From positions 1 to 36,990 of the forward strand of contig JANPJS010000040.1 in the NCBI GenBank assembly GCA_031425655.1: DNA of 36,990 bases, given 5' to 3'. Below, piece by piece: positions 17,094 through 25,087 of this stretch. Under the pieces are notes generated by a model that was not told where the DNA came from, searched no databases, and worked only from the letters and a program-made list of their open reading frames with translations. Numbering within the stretch: position 1 is the first letter of the stretch; each line of letters starts with the position of its first letter. Made by a program: the position numbers and the translations under genes. The stretch is from Abditibacteriaceae bacterium (GTDB taxonomy: Bacteria > Armatimonadota > Abditibacteriia > Abditibacteriales > Abditibacteriaceae).

Positions 17094-18794
17094 ATGCACG
17101 ACTGGCAATTATTGCGTGACTATGTGGATCACAATTCGCAGACGGCGTTCGCCACGCTGGTCGAGCGCCACGCGAACATGGTGTATTCGACCTGCCTGCG
17201 CGAAACCGGCGATCCTGCGCTGGCCGAAGACGTGGCGCAAGTCGTGTTTCTGATTTTAGCCCGCAAAGCCGATTCGCTCCGCGAAGGCACCGTGCTAACG
17301 GGTTGGCTTTTCCAGACAGCGCGATTCGCCGGGAAAAACGCGATAAAACAGGAACAGAGGCGTCAACGCAGCGAGCAAAAGGCAGCAGAGCAAATGACCA
17401 GCGAAAGCGAAGCGAATCCCGGCTGGGCCAATGTTGAACCGCTGCTGCACGACGGTTTGGCCGCCCTGCGCGGCGACGAACGCGATGCCATTCTGCTGCG
17501 CTTTTTCGAGAATCGCAGCCTGCGCGAAACCGGCGCCGCGCTGGGAATTTCCGAAGACGCGGCGCGAATGCGCGTGGCCCGCGCGTTGGAAAAGCTGCGC
17601 CGTCATTTCACGCGCCACGGTTTTGCCGCTTCGGTCGCGCTCTTGGCGGCTTTGCTTTCCGAAAACGCCGTCCATGCCGCGCCGGCGGCGTTCGCGTCTG
17701 GGGCCGCACGTCTTTCACAAACCGCGTCGTCTTCGGGCGCGACGACCAGCGTTCTCAGCTCCAGAGCCGCTTCGCTGTCGCACGAAGTTCTGCGCGCGAT
17801 GCTTTTCAAAAAGCTCGGCGTGGCAGCCGGATTGGGCGTGTTGGTGATCGCAAGCGGCGGCGCGCTGTCGCACGTCGTTACGCGAGCCGCAACACGCAAC
17901 ACACTCGTTTCAGCGCAGCACATGACGGCAAAGCCCATCGTGACGGCAAAGCGCGCGGCGGCGAAGGCCATGGTGCCAATGCGCACCGCAGAAACGCGCA
18001 ACATGACCAAAGTAGTGATAGCACCAGAAATGAAACCCGTGTCGCCGGTGACATTGGTAAAAGCGCCAACGCCAATTCTTGTCGTCACGCGCGCCGCGAC
18101 GACAAAGCCGCCCGTCCGATTAAAGGCTTTGCCAAAAGCGTCTTCGGTTGCGCCGACTCGGCGCCGTCCGTCGCGTGTCGAATTTGCTCCAACAGCGCCG
18201 GTTCGCACTGCGGCATCGTCACAAATAAGCGCGCCGCGAGCCGCTGAAGTGTTACCTGTAACGCGAGAACTGCATTCGACGACGCGCGTTGAAAAGCCGA
18301 TTGAACCCGCTGTCGCATTGGCGCCGAAGCCAAGCGATGTGACTTCGACCGAGGCATCACCTGAGCCAATCGCCGTGGATTCCGGCCCGACAATCGCGTC
18401 GCAACCTGTGGCGCCGGAAAATGTGGCATTGAAAACGCGCCGCGCGGGGCAAGCCAAAACGCGGCGACTCAATGCGGCAAAGGCGTTTGATCTGCGCGGG
18501 CGTGTGCTGAGCATCAACGAATCGGCTGGTTCAATCAGCCTCAAACAGCCAAACGCCAATGAAAAAACAGTGACGATTCCGACCGCTGCACGAATTTTCG
18601 TGGACAATCAAGCGGCGAATCTCGAAGATATTAAGGTTGGCATGACCGCTAAAGTCCGCCTCGAAGCAGGACAGGACGTTCTTGCGATCCACGCGCACAC
18701 GCCGCTCGGACGCGCGGCACAGTGGCGCGCACGAGGGCAAAAACCGAAGGAGGGCAAAAAGAAAAGCAACAAACTTCCGATTCCGACGCCATAA
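17094..18794 (+). CDS. ECF RNA polymerase sigma factor with a long C-terminal extension (TM helix, Pro/Ala/Thr-rich linker, small beta domain)
   Basis: Region 2 (AFATLVERHANMVYSTC, AEDVAQVVFLIL, GWLFQTAR) and region 4 (ERDAILLRFFENRSLRETGAALGISEDAARMRVARALEKLR); hydrophobic segment LGVAAGLGVLVIASGG; GAAAGGG RBS. Confidence 0.9.
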   Translation: MHDWQLLRDYVDHNSQTAFATLVERHANMVYSTCLRETGDPALAEDVAQVVFLILARKADSLREGTVLTGWLFQTARFAGKNAIKQEQRRQRSEQKAAEQMTSESEANPGWANVEPLLHDGLAALRGDERDAILLRFFENRSLRETGAALGISEDAARMRVARALEKLRRHFTRHGFAASVALLAALLSENAVHAAPAAFASGAARLSQTASSSGATTSVLSSRAASLSHEVLRAMLFKKLGVAAGLGVLVIASGGALSHVVTRAATRNTLVSAQHMTAKPIVTAKRAAAKAMVPMRTAETRNMTKVVIAPEMKPVSPVTLVKAPTPILVVTRAATTKPPVRLKALPKASSVAPTRRRPSRVEFAPTAPVRTAASSQISAPRAAEVLPVTRELHSTTRVEKPIEPAVALAPKPSDVTSTEASPEPIAVDSGPTIASQPVAPENVALKTRRAGQAKTRRLNAAKAFDLRGRVLSINESAGSISLKQPNANEKTVTIPTAARIFVDNQAANLEDIKVGMTAKVRLEAGQDVLAIHAHTPLGRAAQWRARGQKPKEGKKKSNKLPIPTP

Positions 18795-18841
18795 GACATT
18801 CCATTTCAGCGGGCAACCGCACGACCCCAAGGAGAACGATA

Positions 18842-19216
18842 ATGAAACGCAGTTTGATTTTAGGCACCGCCTTAGCCCTGATGCTGGGCACCGCAACCAC
18901 CTCGATGACCCCGGCCTTCGCCGCCAAAGGCGACAAAAAAGCCGGAAAAGCCGCGGGCAAAGGCAAGCGCGGCGAAAAGATGATGGCCGCCATCAGTCCC
19001 ATGATGCTCGGCAAAGTTCTGGGAAAAACGCTGACCGACGAGCAGGCGACCGCCGTCAAGGACGCCAACAAAGCCTACGCCGAAAGCGTGGCCAAAGCCG
19101 TCGGTTTAACCGCCGCCGAACTGCAAGCTAAGATCGCCGAATATCGCAAAGCGAATCCCGGCGCCGGCAGAGGTGGCGCAGGCAAAGGTGCCGCCGCCAC
19201 ACCCGCCGCGCCGTAA
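18842..19216 (+). CDS. Small secreted Lys/Ala-rich helical protein (LTxxQ, Spy/CpxP-like)
   Basis: AAGGAG RBS; signal peptide MKRSLILGTALALMLG...PAFA; LTDEQ motif; followed by a terminator. Confidence 0.7.
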   Translation: MKRSLILGTALALMLGTATTSMTPAFAAKGDKKAGKAAGKGKRGEKMMAAISPMMLGKVLGKTLTDEQATAVKDANKAYAESVAKAVGLTAAELQAKIAEYRKANPGAGRGGAGKGAAATPAAP

Positions 19217-19249
19217 AACCGAAGTGCCGGCTTTCAACAAGCCGAATTT

Positions 19250-19281
19250 AACGGGCTGCCTTTTAAAAGGCAGCCCGTTTT
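19250..19281 (+). terminator. Intrinsic terminator
   Basis: AACGGGCTGCCTTTTAAAAGGCAGCCCGTT, a perfect 30-bp palindrome ending in a T run. Confidence 0.8.
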
Positions 19282-19359
19282 CGTTATCCAAGGCGTCTTT
19301 CAACACGGTTGTTTCGTTAAAATACAGCGCAGGTTGCTCTATCGCAGTCAAGGAGATTG

Positions 19360-20007
19360 ATGAAAATCACATTGCACCGTCCGACGCAAACCAAAGGCTT
19401 CGCGCTGAAAGAACTTTTGATCGTCATCGCGATAATCGCGCTGATTGCGGCCTTGTCCTTTCCGATGTTCGCGCGGGCACGCGAAAACGCGCGCAAATCG
19501 TCGTGCCAAAACAATCTCAAGCAAATGGGTTTGGGCTTCGCGCAATACACGCAGGACAACGGCAGTTTTCCCCTCGCCGTCTTTGGTGGAACGAAAGTGA
19601 CAAAAACGGGCGGCGCGTTGGCGGGCTGGGCCGATGCGCTGGAAATTTATACCAAAAGCCGCTGAGTGGGTTGCCCCAGCGCGACCGGCGCGCGGGGCGA
19701 CAGTCCCGGTGGGACTGGCTACATTGACTACTGGTATAACCGCAATTTATCCGGCACGAAGCCGAGCGCGATTGTGACGCCCGCCCACACGTTGCTTCTC
19801 GGCGACGGCAGCGATGGCATCGAGCGCAATGACGCGACTTACAACAAAACCACTCTTCCGCCCGCGTGGCTGAAAAACTATGGCGCGCCCTGCTGGCGAC
19901 ATCTGGGCGGCGCCAATTATGTTTTCTGCGACGGCCACGTCAAATGGCTGCGGCCCGCCGAAGTGACGACTGCCATCGGCCAACCCAACACTTTTTCGCT
20001 GCGATAA
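19360..20007 (+). pseudogene. Prepilin-type N-terminal cleavage/methylation + DUF1559 + H-X9-DG protein interrupted by an in-frame TGA (nonsense pseudogene or Sec readthrough)
   Basis: [48 protein letters not shown]; then YTKSR-[TGA 19663-19665]-VGCPS in the same frame; ends RHLGGANYVFCDGHVKW. The two ORF-track halves form one 215-codon reading frame. Confidence 0.8.
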
Positions 20008-20035
20008 AAACGGCAAACCGCTTTGCCACCAAAAT

Positions 20036-20066
20036 AAAACGGGACGCGCAGTGCGCGTCCCGTTTT
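20036..20066 (+). terminator. Intrinsic terminator
   Basis: AAAACGGGACGCGCA-G-TGCGCGTCCCGTTTT. Confidence 0.8.
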
Positions 20067-20135
20067 GTCGTTGCGGTTGTCAAACTCTGGCCTACTGCGA
20101 TAATTAATTCAGTCCCCGATTTGAAGGAGAAAGCC

Positions 20136-21581
20136 ATGCCCAAGAAAATCGCCATGATCGGCGCGGGAAGCGTCGTGTTTTGCAAAACCCTGATGAGCGA
20201 CATCATGGCCACGCCCGCTTTAGCCGACAGCGAATTCGCCTTGATGAGTCCGACCGAGCCGAAACTGCGCCGCATGGAAGCATTCGGCCAGCGAATGCTC
20301 AAAGATAACGATTTGCCCGGCTCGGTCTGGGCCACCACCGACCGCCGCGAGGCTATCAAAGACGCCGATTTCGTGGTCGTGATGATTCAAGTCGGCGGCA
20401 TTGACGCTTTCGGCATTGATTATCACGTCCCGCTCAAATATGGCGTGGATCAGTGCATCGGTGACACGCTTGGCCCCGGCGGCATCTTTCGCGGTCAAAG
20501 GCACATTCCGGTTTTGGCCGACATCGCGCGTGACATGGAACAAATCGCGCGGCCCGGCGCGATTATGCTGCAATATGCCAACCCGATGGCCGCGAATTGC
20601 TTAGCTTTGGGCCGCGTTTCCAACGTGCCTTTCATCGGATTGTGCCACGGCGTGCAAACCACACTCGACTTAATTTCCGGCTACTGCAAAGTGCCCAAAG
20701 ATGAGATTACTTACGTTTGCGGCGGCATCAATCACATGGATTGGTTTCTGAAAATGGAACACAAAGGCCGCGATTTGTATCCTCAGTTGCGCGAATTGTT
20801 TGAGCGCCCAGAATATTACAAAAACGAAAAAGTGCGCGGCGAAGTTTTCCGTCACTTCAGCTATTTTATGACCGAATCTACCGGGCATTTGTCCGAATAT
20901 GTGCCGTGGTTTCGCAAAAATCAGCAGGCGCTGGATTTGTATTGCGACGAGCCGGCTTTCGGCGGCGAAACGGGCGCGTATTACAAGTGGGGCAAGGCCA
21001 TGGCCGACAAATACGCCGAAGTTGACCCGCTTCAATTTGAAAGCACCGCTATCGAAACGCGCAGCGTCGAGTATTGCTCGTATATTTTGGAAGCGGTCAC
21101 GACCGGCGTGCCCTTTCGCTTGATGGGCAACGTGCGCAACGATGGATACATCACCAATTTGCCGAACGGCTGCTGCGTCGAAGTGCCAACTTTCGCCGAC
21201 GACACCGGCTTGCATCCGACAGTTATCGGCGCACTTCCGCCGCAATGCGCCGCCGCCTGCATGACGAATATCAACGTGCAAACGCTGACTGCCGAAGCCG
21301 CGCTGTCGGGCGACCCGGAGCATTTAGTTCACGCTCTGGCGCTCGACCCGTTGACCGGCGCGGTTTGCACGCTGCGCGAAATCCGCGAAATGGCCAGCGA
21401 AATGCTCGAAGCGCTTCGCCCGTATTTGCCGCAATTCGCCGGCAAAAGCATCAAAGCGGCGCCGACGATTTTCATCCCTGAAAACTGCGAAGCCGTGGAC
21501 GTGCCACTCGACCCGGCTTTAGCCATCGGCAAACGCTTCGGCACGCTCGTCGAGCAGAAAACGGATGCTGCGTTAAATTAA
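20136..21581 (+). CDS. Glycoside hydrolase family 4 (NAD+/Mn2+-dependent alpha-galactosidase/alpha-glucosidase, MelA-like)
   Basis: GAAGGAGA RBS; KIAMIGAGSVVF; DQCIGDTLGPGGIFRG; YANPM; IGLCHGV; GINHMDW; TESTGHLSEYVPWF; NVRNDGYITNLP; ALDPLTGAV. Confidence 0.93.
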   Translation: MPKKIAMIGAGSVVFCKTLMSDIMATPALADSEFALMSPTEPKLRRMEAFGQRMLKDNDLPGSVWATTDRREAIKDADFVVVMIQVGGIDAFGIDYHVPLKYGVDQCIGDTLGPGGIFRGQRHIPVLADIARDMEQIARPGAIMLQYANPMAANCLALGRVSNVPFIGLCHGVQTTLDLISGYCKVPKDEITYVCGGINHMDWFLKMEHKGRDLYPQLRELFERPEYYKNEKVRGEVFRHFSYFMTESTGHLSEYVPWFRKNQQALDLYCDEPAFGGETGAYYKWGKAMADKYAEVDPLQFESTAIETRSVEYCSYILEAVTTGVPFRLMGNVRNDGYITNLPNGCCVEVPTFADDTGLHPTVIGALPPQCAAACMTNINVQTLTAEAALSGDPEHLVHALALDPLTGAVCTLREIREMASEMLEALRPYLPQFAGKSIKAAPTIFIPENCEAVDVPLDPALAIGKRFGTLVEQKTDAALN

Positions 21582-21596
21582 AAGGTAATTTGAGCC

Positions 21597-22031
21597 ATGC
21601 AACATCGCGTTATCACCGCAGAAGAAGCCCGTCGCCTCTTGGTTTTGGGCGATAATCAAACGATTCGGCTCACCGGCGACGACACTAATGGCGCTTACAC
21701 GCTGATTGAGCAATACAATGATCCCGGCATCGGTGTGCCACCGCACGTTCACGCCAACGAAGACGAGACGTTTCATATCGCCGAAGGTCAAGTGACGTTC
21801 ACAATCGAGGACAACACCATCGTGGCCGAAGCGGGAACGACAGTTCATGTGCAGCGCGGCGTGCGACACTCGTTTATAGTGACGAGTGAAGGCAAAAGTC
21901 GCGTGATTCTCATCATTTCGCCGCCGGGCTTGGAAACGATGTTTGAAGAAATGCACAATTTGCCTGCCGGCCCGCCCGACATGGCGCAAATCAGCGAAAT
22001 CTGCGGGCGCTACGGCATTACTTTCGCGTAA
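21597..22031 (+). CDS. Cupin domain protein (quercetinase-like)
   Basis: PPHVHANEDETFHIAEG and VQRGVRHSF cupin motifs. Confidence 0.88.
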   Translation: MQHRVITAEEARRLLVLGDNQTIRLTGDDTNGAYTLIEQYNDPGIGVPPHVHANEDETFHIAEGQVTFTIEDNTIVAEAGTTVHVQRGVRHSFIVTSEGKSRVILIISPPGLETMFEEMHNLPAGPPDMAQISEICGRYGITFA

Positions 22032-22059
22032 AAAATCGTCTGCCAAATCAAGGACCTAA

Positions 22060-22902
22060 ATGCAAATTGGAATGAACTTGCTGTTATGGACGGCCAATCC
22101 CAGCGCCGAGCACGCCGAACTGATGGCAAAACTGCGCGGCATCGGCTACGAATTGGTCGAACTGCCGATTTTCGCTCCGGCGAATTTTCCCGTCGCCGAC
22201 GTGCGAAAAATTCTCACCGACAACGGCCTCGACGCCACCGCAACCGGCGCTTTGCCCGGCGATGCGACGCTGATTTCCGACGATGAAAACGCGGCGCGGC
22301 GCGGCGAGGAATACATGAAAGGCGCCATTGACGTGTGCGCCGAAATCGGCGCGGCGATTTTAGCAGGGCCGCTTTACCATCCGGTCGGCTCGTTTTCCGG
22401 CGTCGCGCCCACAACCGATGAAAAACAGCGTTACATCGAACGCCTGCGCCCATTGGCCGATCACGCGCAGTCAGTCGGTGTCAAGCTCGCCGTAGAGCCG
22501 CTCAATCGCTTTGAGACGCACTTTCTCAACACCTTAGCCGACGGCGCCGCTTTGGTGCGCGAGATCAATCATCCCGCCGTCGGCATTTTGTCCGACACGT
22601 TTCATCAGCACATCGAAGAGCGCAATTCCGCAGCGGCGTTGTTGGCTGCCGCAGACACCGTGATTCACGTTCACGCCAGCGAAAACCATCGCGGCACGCC
22701 CGGCAAAGGCCAAGTTGCGTGGAGCGAGTGGGCGAAAACTCTGCACGCGATGGGCTACGACAAGCGCGTGGTTATCGAAAGTTTCGGCGCAGGACTGCCC
22801 GAATTGGCCGCCGCCACGCGCGTTTGGCGCGATCTCACCGGCGACCCGTTGGTCTTAGCCGCCGATGCCTTACCGCACGTTCGGAAGTCTTTGGAGCAAT
22901 AA
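22060..22902 (+). CDS. Sugar phosphate isomerase/epimerase, D-psicose/D-tagatose 3-epimerase-like TIM barrel
   Basis: VEPLNRFETHFLNT, DTFHQHIEE, HVHASENHRGTPGKG and VIESF metal/catalytic motifs. Confidence 0.9.
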   Translation: MQIGMNLLLWTANPSAEHAELMAKLRGIGYELVELPIFAPANFPVADVRKILTDNGLDATATGALPGDATLISDDENAARRGEEYMKGAIDVCAEIGAAILAGPLYHPVGSFSGVAPTTDEKQRYIERLRPLADHAQSVGVKLAVEPLNRFETHFLNTLADGAALVREINHPAVGILSDTFHQHIEERNSAAALLAAADTVIHVHASENHRGTPGKGQVAWSEWAKTLHAMGYDKRVVIESFGAGLPELAAATRVWRDLTGDPLVLAADALPHVRKSLEQ

Positions 22903-22905
22903 CAG

Positions 22906-23301
22906 ATGCAGGCTGAAAAATCCACACGCCGCAAAACGCCTTTTGAAAAGAAACAGGACGTTTACGACAAAGACCATCGGGGAAATAAAGAGAATCCTCA
23001 TCGTTTTCGGAAGGGTAAGCCTCGGAAAAAGAAAGGTGTCAACCGCCAAGAGCGCAGCCGCACGCGCAATTTGATCCGCAATGCTATGCTTCACGCCGCC
23101 GAAGAAAATCTATCGGTGCCTTTATTAAAAACGATGGCAGAACCGATCCGGAGTTTTCCGTGGAAAGGTGCTTCAACCGTGCGTGACATTGTGGCTCGAA
23201 AAATTGAATGCCGCGCCCGACGGCAACAATTCAGCTTGTGGAAAAAGAAAAAATCCGCTGCCAGCGGAAATCCGAAGAATCCGTTGCCCGGCGATGTCTA
23301 A
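22906..23301 (+). CDS. Hypothetical highly basic protein
   Basis: ATG 3 nt after the epimerase stop; fills the gap to the next gene; very K/R-rich. Confidence 0.6.
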   Translation: MQAEKSTRRKTPFEKKQDVYDKDHRGNKENPHRFRKGKPRKKKGVNRQERSRTRNLIRNAMLHAAEENLSVPLLKTMAEPIRSFPWKGASTVRDIVARKIECRARRQQFSLWKKKKSAASGNPKNPLPGDV

Positions 23302-23328
23302 GTCGCCACAACCATAATTGGAGAAACC

Positions 23329-24162
23329 ATGAAATTCGCTTTAGCTGCGCTCGTCGCGGCCACTTTAGCTGTTCCCGCCATCGCGCAGGATGCACCGAAA
23401 CAACTCAAGGCGCTGCTGATCACCGGCGGCTGCTGCCACGATTACAAAGGCCAAAAAGACATCCTGAAAAATGGTCTGGAAAAGCGCCTTAACATCGTCG
23501 TAGATCAAATTCACAGCGATGACAAAGGCACCAAGCCGCCGCTACCGATCAACGGCAACGCCGATTACGCCAAAGGCTACGACATCGTCATTCACGACGA
23601 ATGCGCTGCCGACACCAACGATCAGGCGGTCGTGGAAGGTATTTTGAAGCCGCATCGCGACGGCATTCCCGGCATCAATTTGCACTGCGCCATGCACTCG
23701 TATCGCATCGGCAACCCCAACGAAATCGGCACCGTCGGCACGCCTCATAATTTCTGGTTCGATTATTTAGGTTTGCAATCCAGCGGACACGGCCCCCAAA
23801 AACCGATTGCCGTCGTTTATCTGCCCGAAGCCAACAGTGCCATCACCAAAGGTTTGGCGCATTGGACGACCGTCAACGAAGAGCTTTACAACAACATCCA
23901 GATTTTGCCTACGGCCAAACCGCTCGCGCGTGGATTGCAGGGCAACGGCGATAAAATCGGCCAGAACAACTCTGTAGTTGCGTGGACGAACGAATACGGC
24001 GAAAAGAAAACGCGCGTTTTCTCGACAGCCCTCGGCCACAACAACACAACCGTCGGCGACGACCGCTATCTCGATTTAGTATCGCGCGGCATCTTGTGGG
24101 CCTGCGACAAAATCAACGACGACGGCTCGCCCAAAACCGGCTACGCAGCGCCAGTCAAGTAA
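23329..24162 (+). CDS. Secreted ThuA-like (class I glutamine amidotransferase-like) domain protein, copy 1
   Basis: GGAG RBS; signal peptide; LLITGGCCHDY, NLHCAMHSY, NEELYN, RVFSTALGH, RGILWA. Confidence 0.88.
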   Translation: MKFALAALVAATLAVPAIAQDAPKQLKALLITGGCCHDYKGQKDILKNGLEKRLNIVVDQIHSDDKGTKPPLPINGNADYAKGYDIVIHDECAADTNDQAVVEGILKPHRDGIPGINLHCAMHSYRIGNPNEIGTVGTPHNFWFDYLGLQSSGHGPQKPIAVVYLPEANSAITKGLAHWTTVNEELYNNIQILPTAKPLARGLQGNGDKIGQNNSVVAWTNEYGEKKTRVFSTALGHNNTTVGDDRYLDLVSRGILWACDKINDDGSPKTGYAAPVK

Positions 24163-24174
24163 TTTGTGGAATTT

Positions 24175-25020
24175 ATGAAATTCGCTTTTGCCGCGTTCTG
24201 CGCCGTCGCGTTGTCGCTTCCTGCCGTCGCGCAGGAAGCACCGAAGCCACTTAAAGCTCTGCTGTTAACCGGCGGCTGTTGCCACGATTATAAAGCGCAA
24301 AAAGACATCTTGAAACAAGGTCTGGAAAAGCGCCTCAACATCGTCGTAGATCAAATTCACGTTGACGATAGCAGTAAAGCGCCGAAACTGCCGATTTACG
24401 GCAACGCCGATTACGCCAAAGGCTACGACATCGTGATTCACGACGAATGCGCCGGCGATGTCAATGCTCCGGCCACAATAGACGCCGTTTTGAAGCCGCA
24501 CCGCGACGGCATTCCCGGTGTGAATTTGCATTGTTCCGTTCACGCTTATCGCAGCGGCGACCGCAACAAAATCGCAGAAAAAGGTGAAGCCCGCGAGGCA
24601 TGGTTTGAATATCTCGGCCTGCAATCGCCCGGTCATGGCGCGCAAAGGCCCCTTTCCATCGCTTTTGTGCCCGAAATGGGTAGCCCGATCACCAAAGGCA
24701 TGGCCAATTGGACGACGACCAACGAAGAGCTTTACTGGAATCTCAAAATTTGGGACAGCGCCAAAACGCTCGCGCGTGGCACGCAGCAAAACGGCGACGC
24801 CGACACCAAAGAAGGCATTATTAAGAGCAACCCGGTTGTGGTTTGGACAAACGAATACGGCGAAAAGAAAACGCGGGTTTTCTCGACGACTATTGGCCAC
24901 AACAACACAACCGTCGGCGACGACCGCTATCTCGATTTGGTGGCGCGCGGCATCCTGTGGGCCTGCGACAAAATCAACGACGACGGCGCGCCCAAAACCG
25001 GCTACGCGGCAACGAAGTAG
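24175..25020 (+). CDS. Secreted ThuA-like domain protein, copy 2 (tandem paralog)
   Basis: Same architecture and motifs as copy 1, with long identical nucleotide blocks. Confidence 0.88.
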   Translation: MKFAFAAFCAVALSLPAVAQEAPKPLKALLLTGGCCHDYKAQKDILKQGLEKRLNIVVDQIHVDDSSKAPKLPIYGNADYAKGYDIVIHDECAGDVNAPATIDAVLKPHRDGIPGVNLHCSVHAYRSGDRNKIAEKGEAREAWFEYLGLQSPGHGAQRPLSIAFVPEMGSPITKGMANWTTTNEELYWNLKIWDSAKTLARGTQQNGDADTKEGIIKSNPVVVWTNEYGEKKTRVFSTTIGHNNTTVGDDRYLDLVARGILWACDKINDDGAPKTGYAATK

Positions 25021-25036
25021 GTTTTGACAAAAGGGC

Positions 25037-25067
25037 AAAGGCGTCAGGGAATTTCCTGACGCCTTTT
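25037..25067. terminator. Bidirectional intrinsic terminator
   Basis: AAAGGCGTCAGG-GAATTT-CCTGACGCCTTTT between convergent genes. Confidence 0.8.
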
Positions 25068-25087
25068 GCTGTTTCTGTTTTCGGGCG

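Noticed and set aside
17603..18607. 334-aa minus-strand ORF
   Set aside because: Antisense to the low-complexity ECF extension; no domain evidence.
19866..20135. 90-aa N-terminal extension of the GH4 ORF
   Set aside because: It overlaps the prepilin gene and a terminator; a strong RBS and the family N-terminus place the start at 20136.
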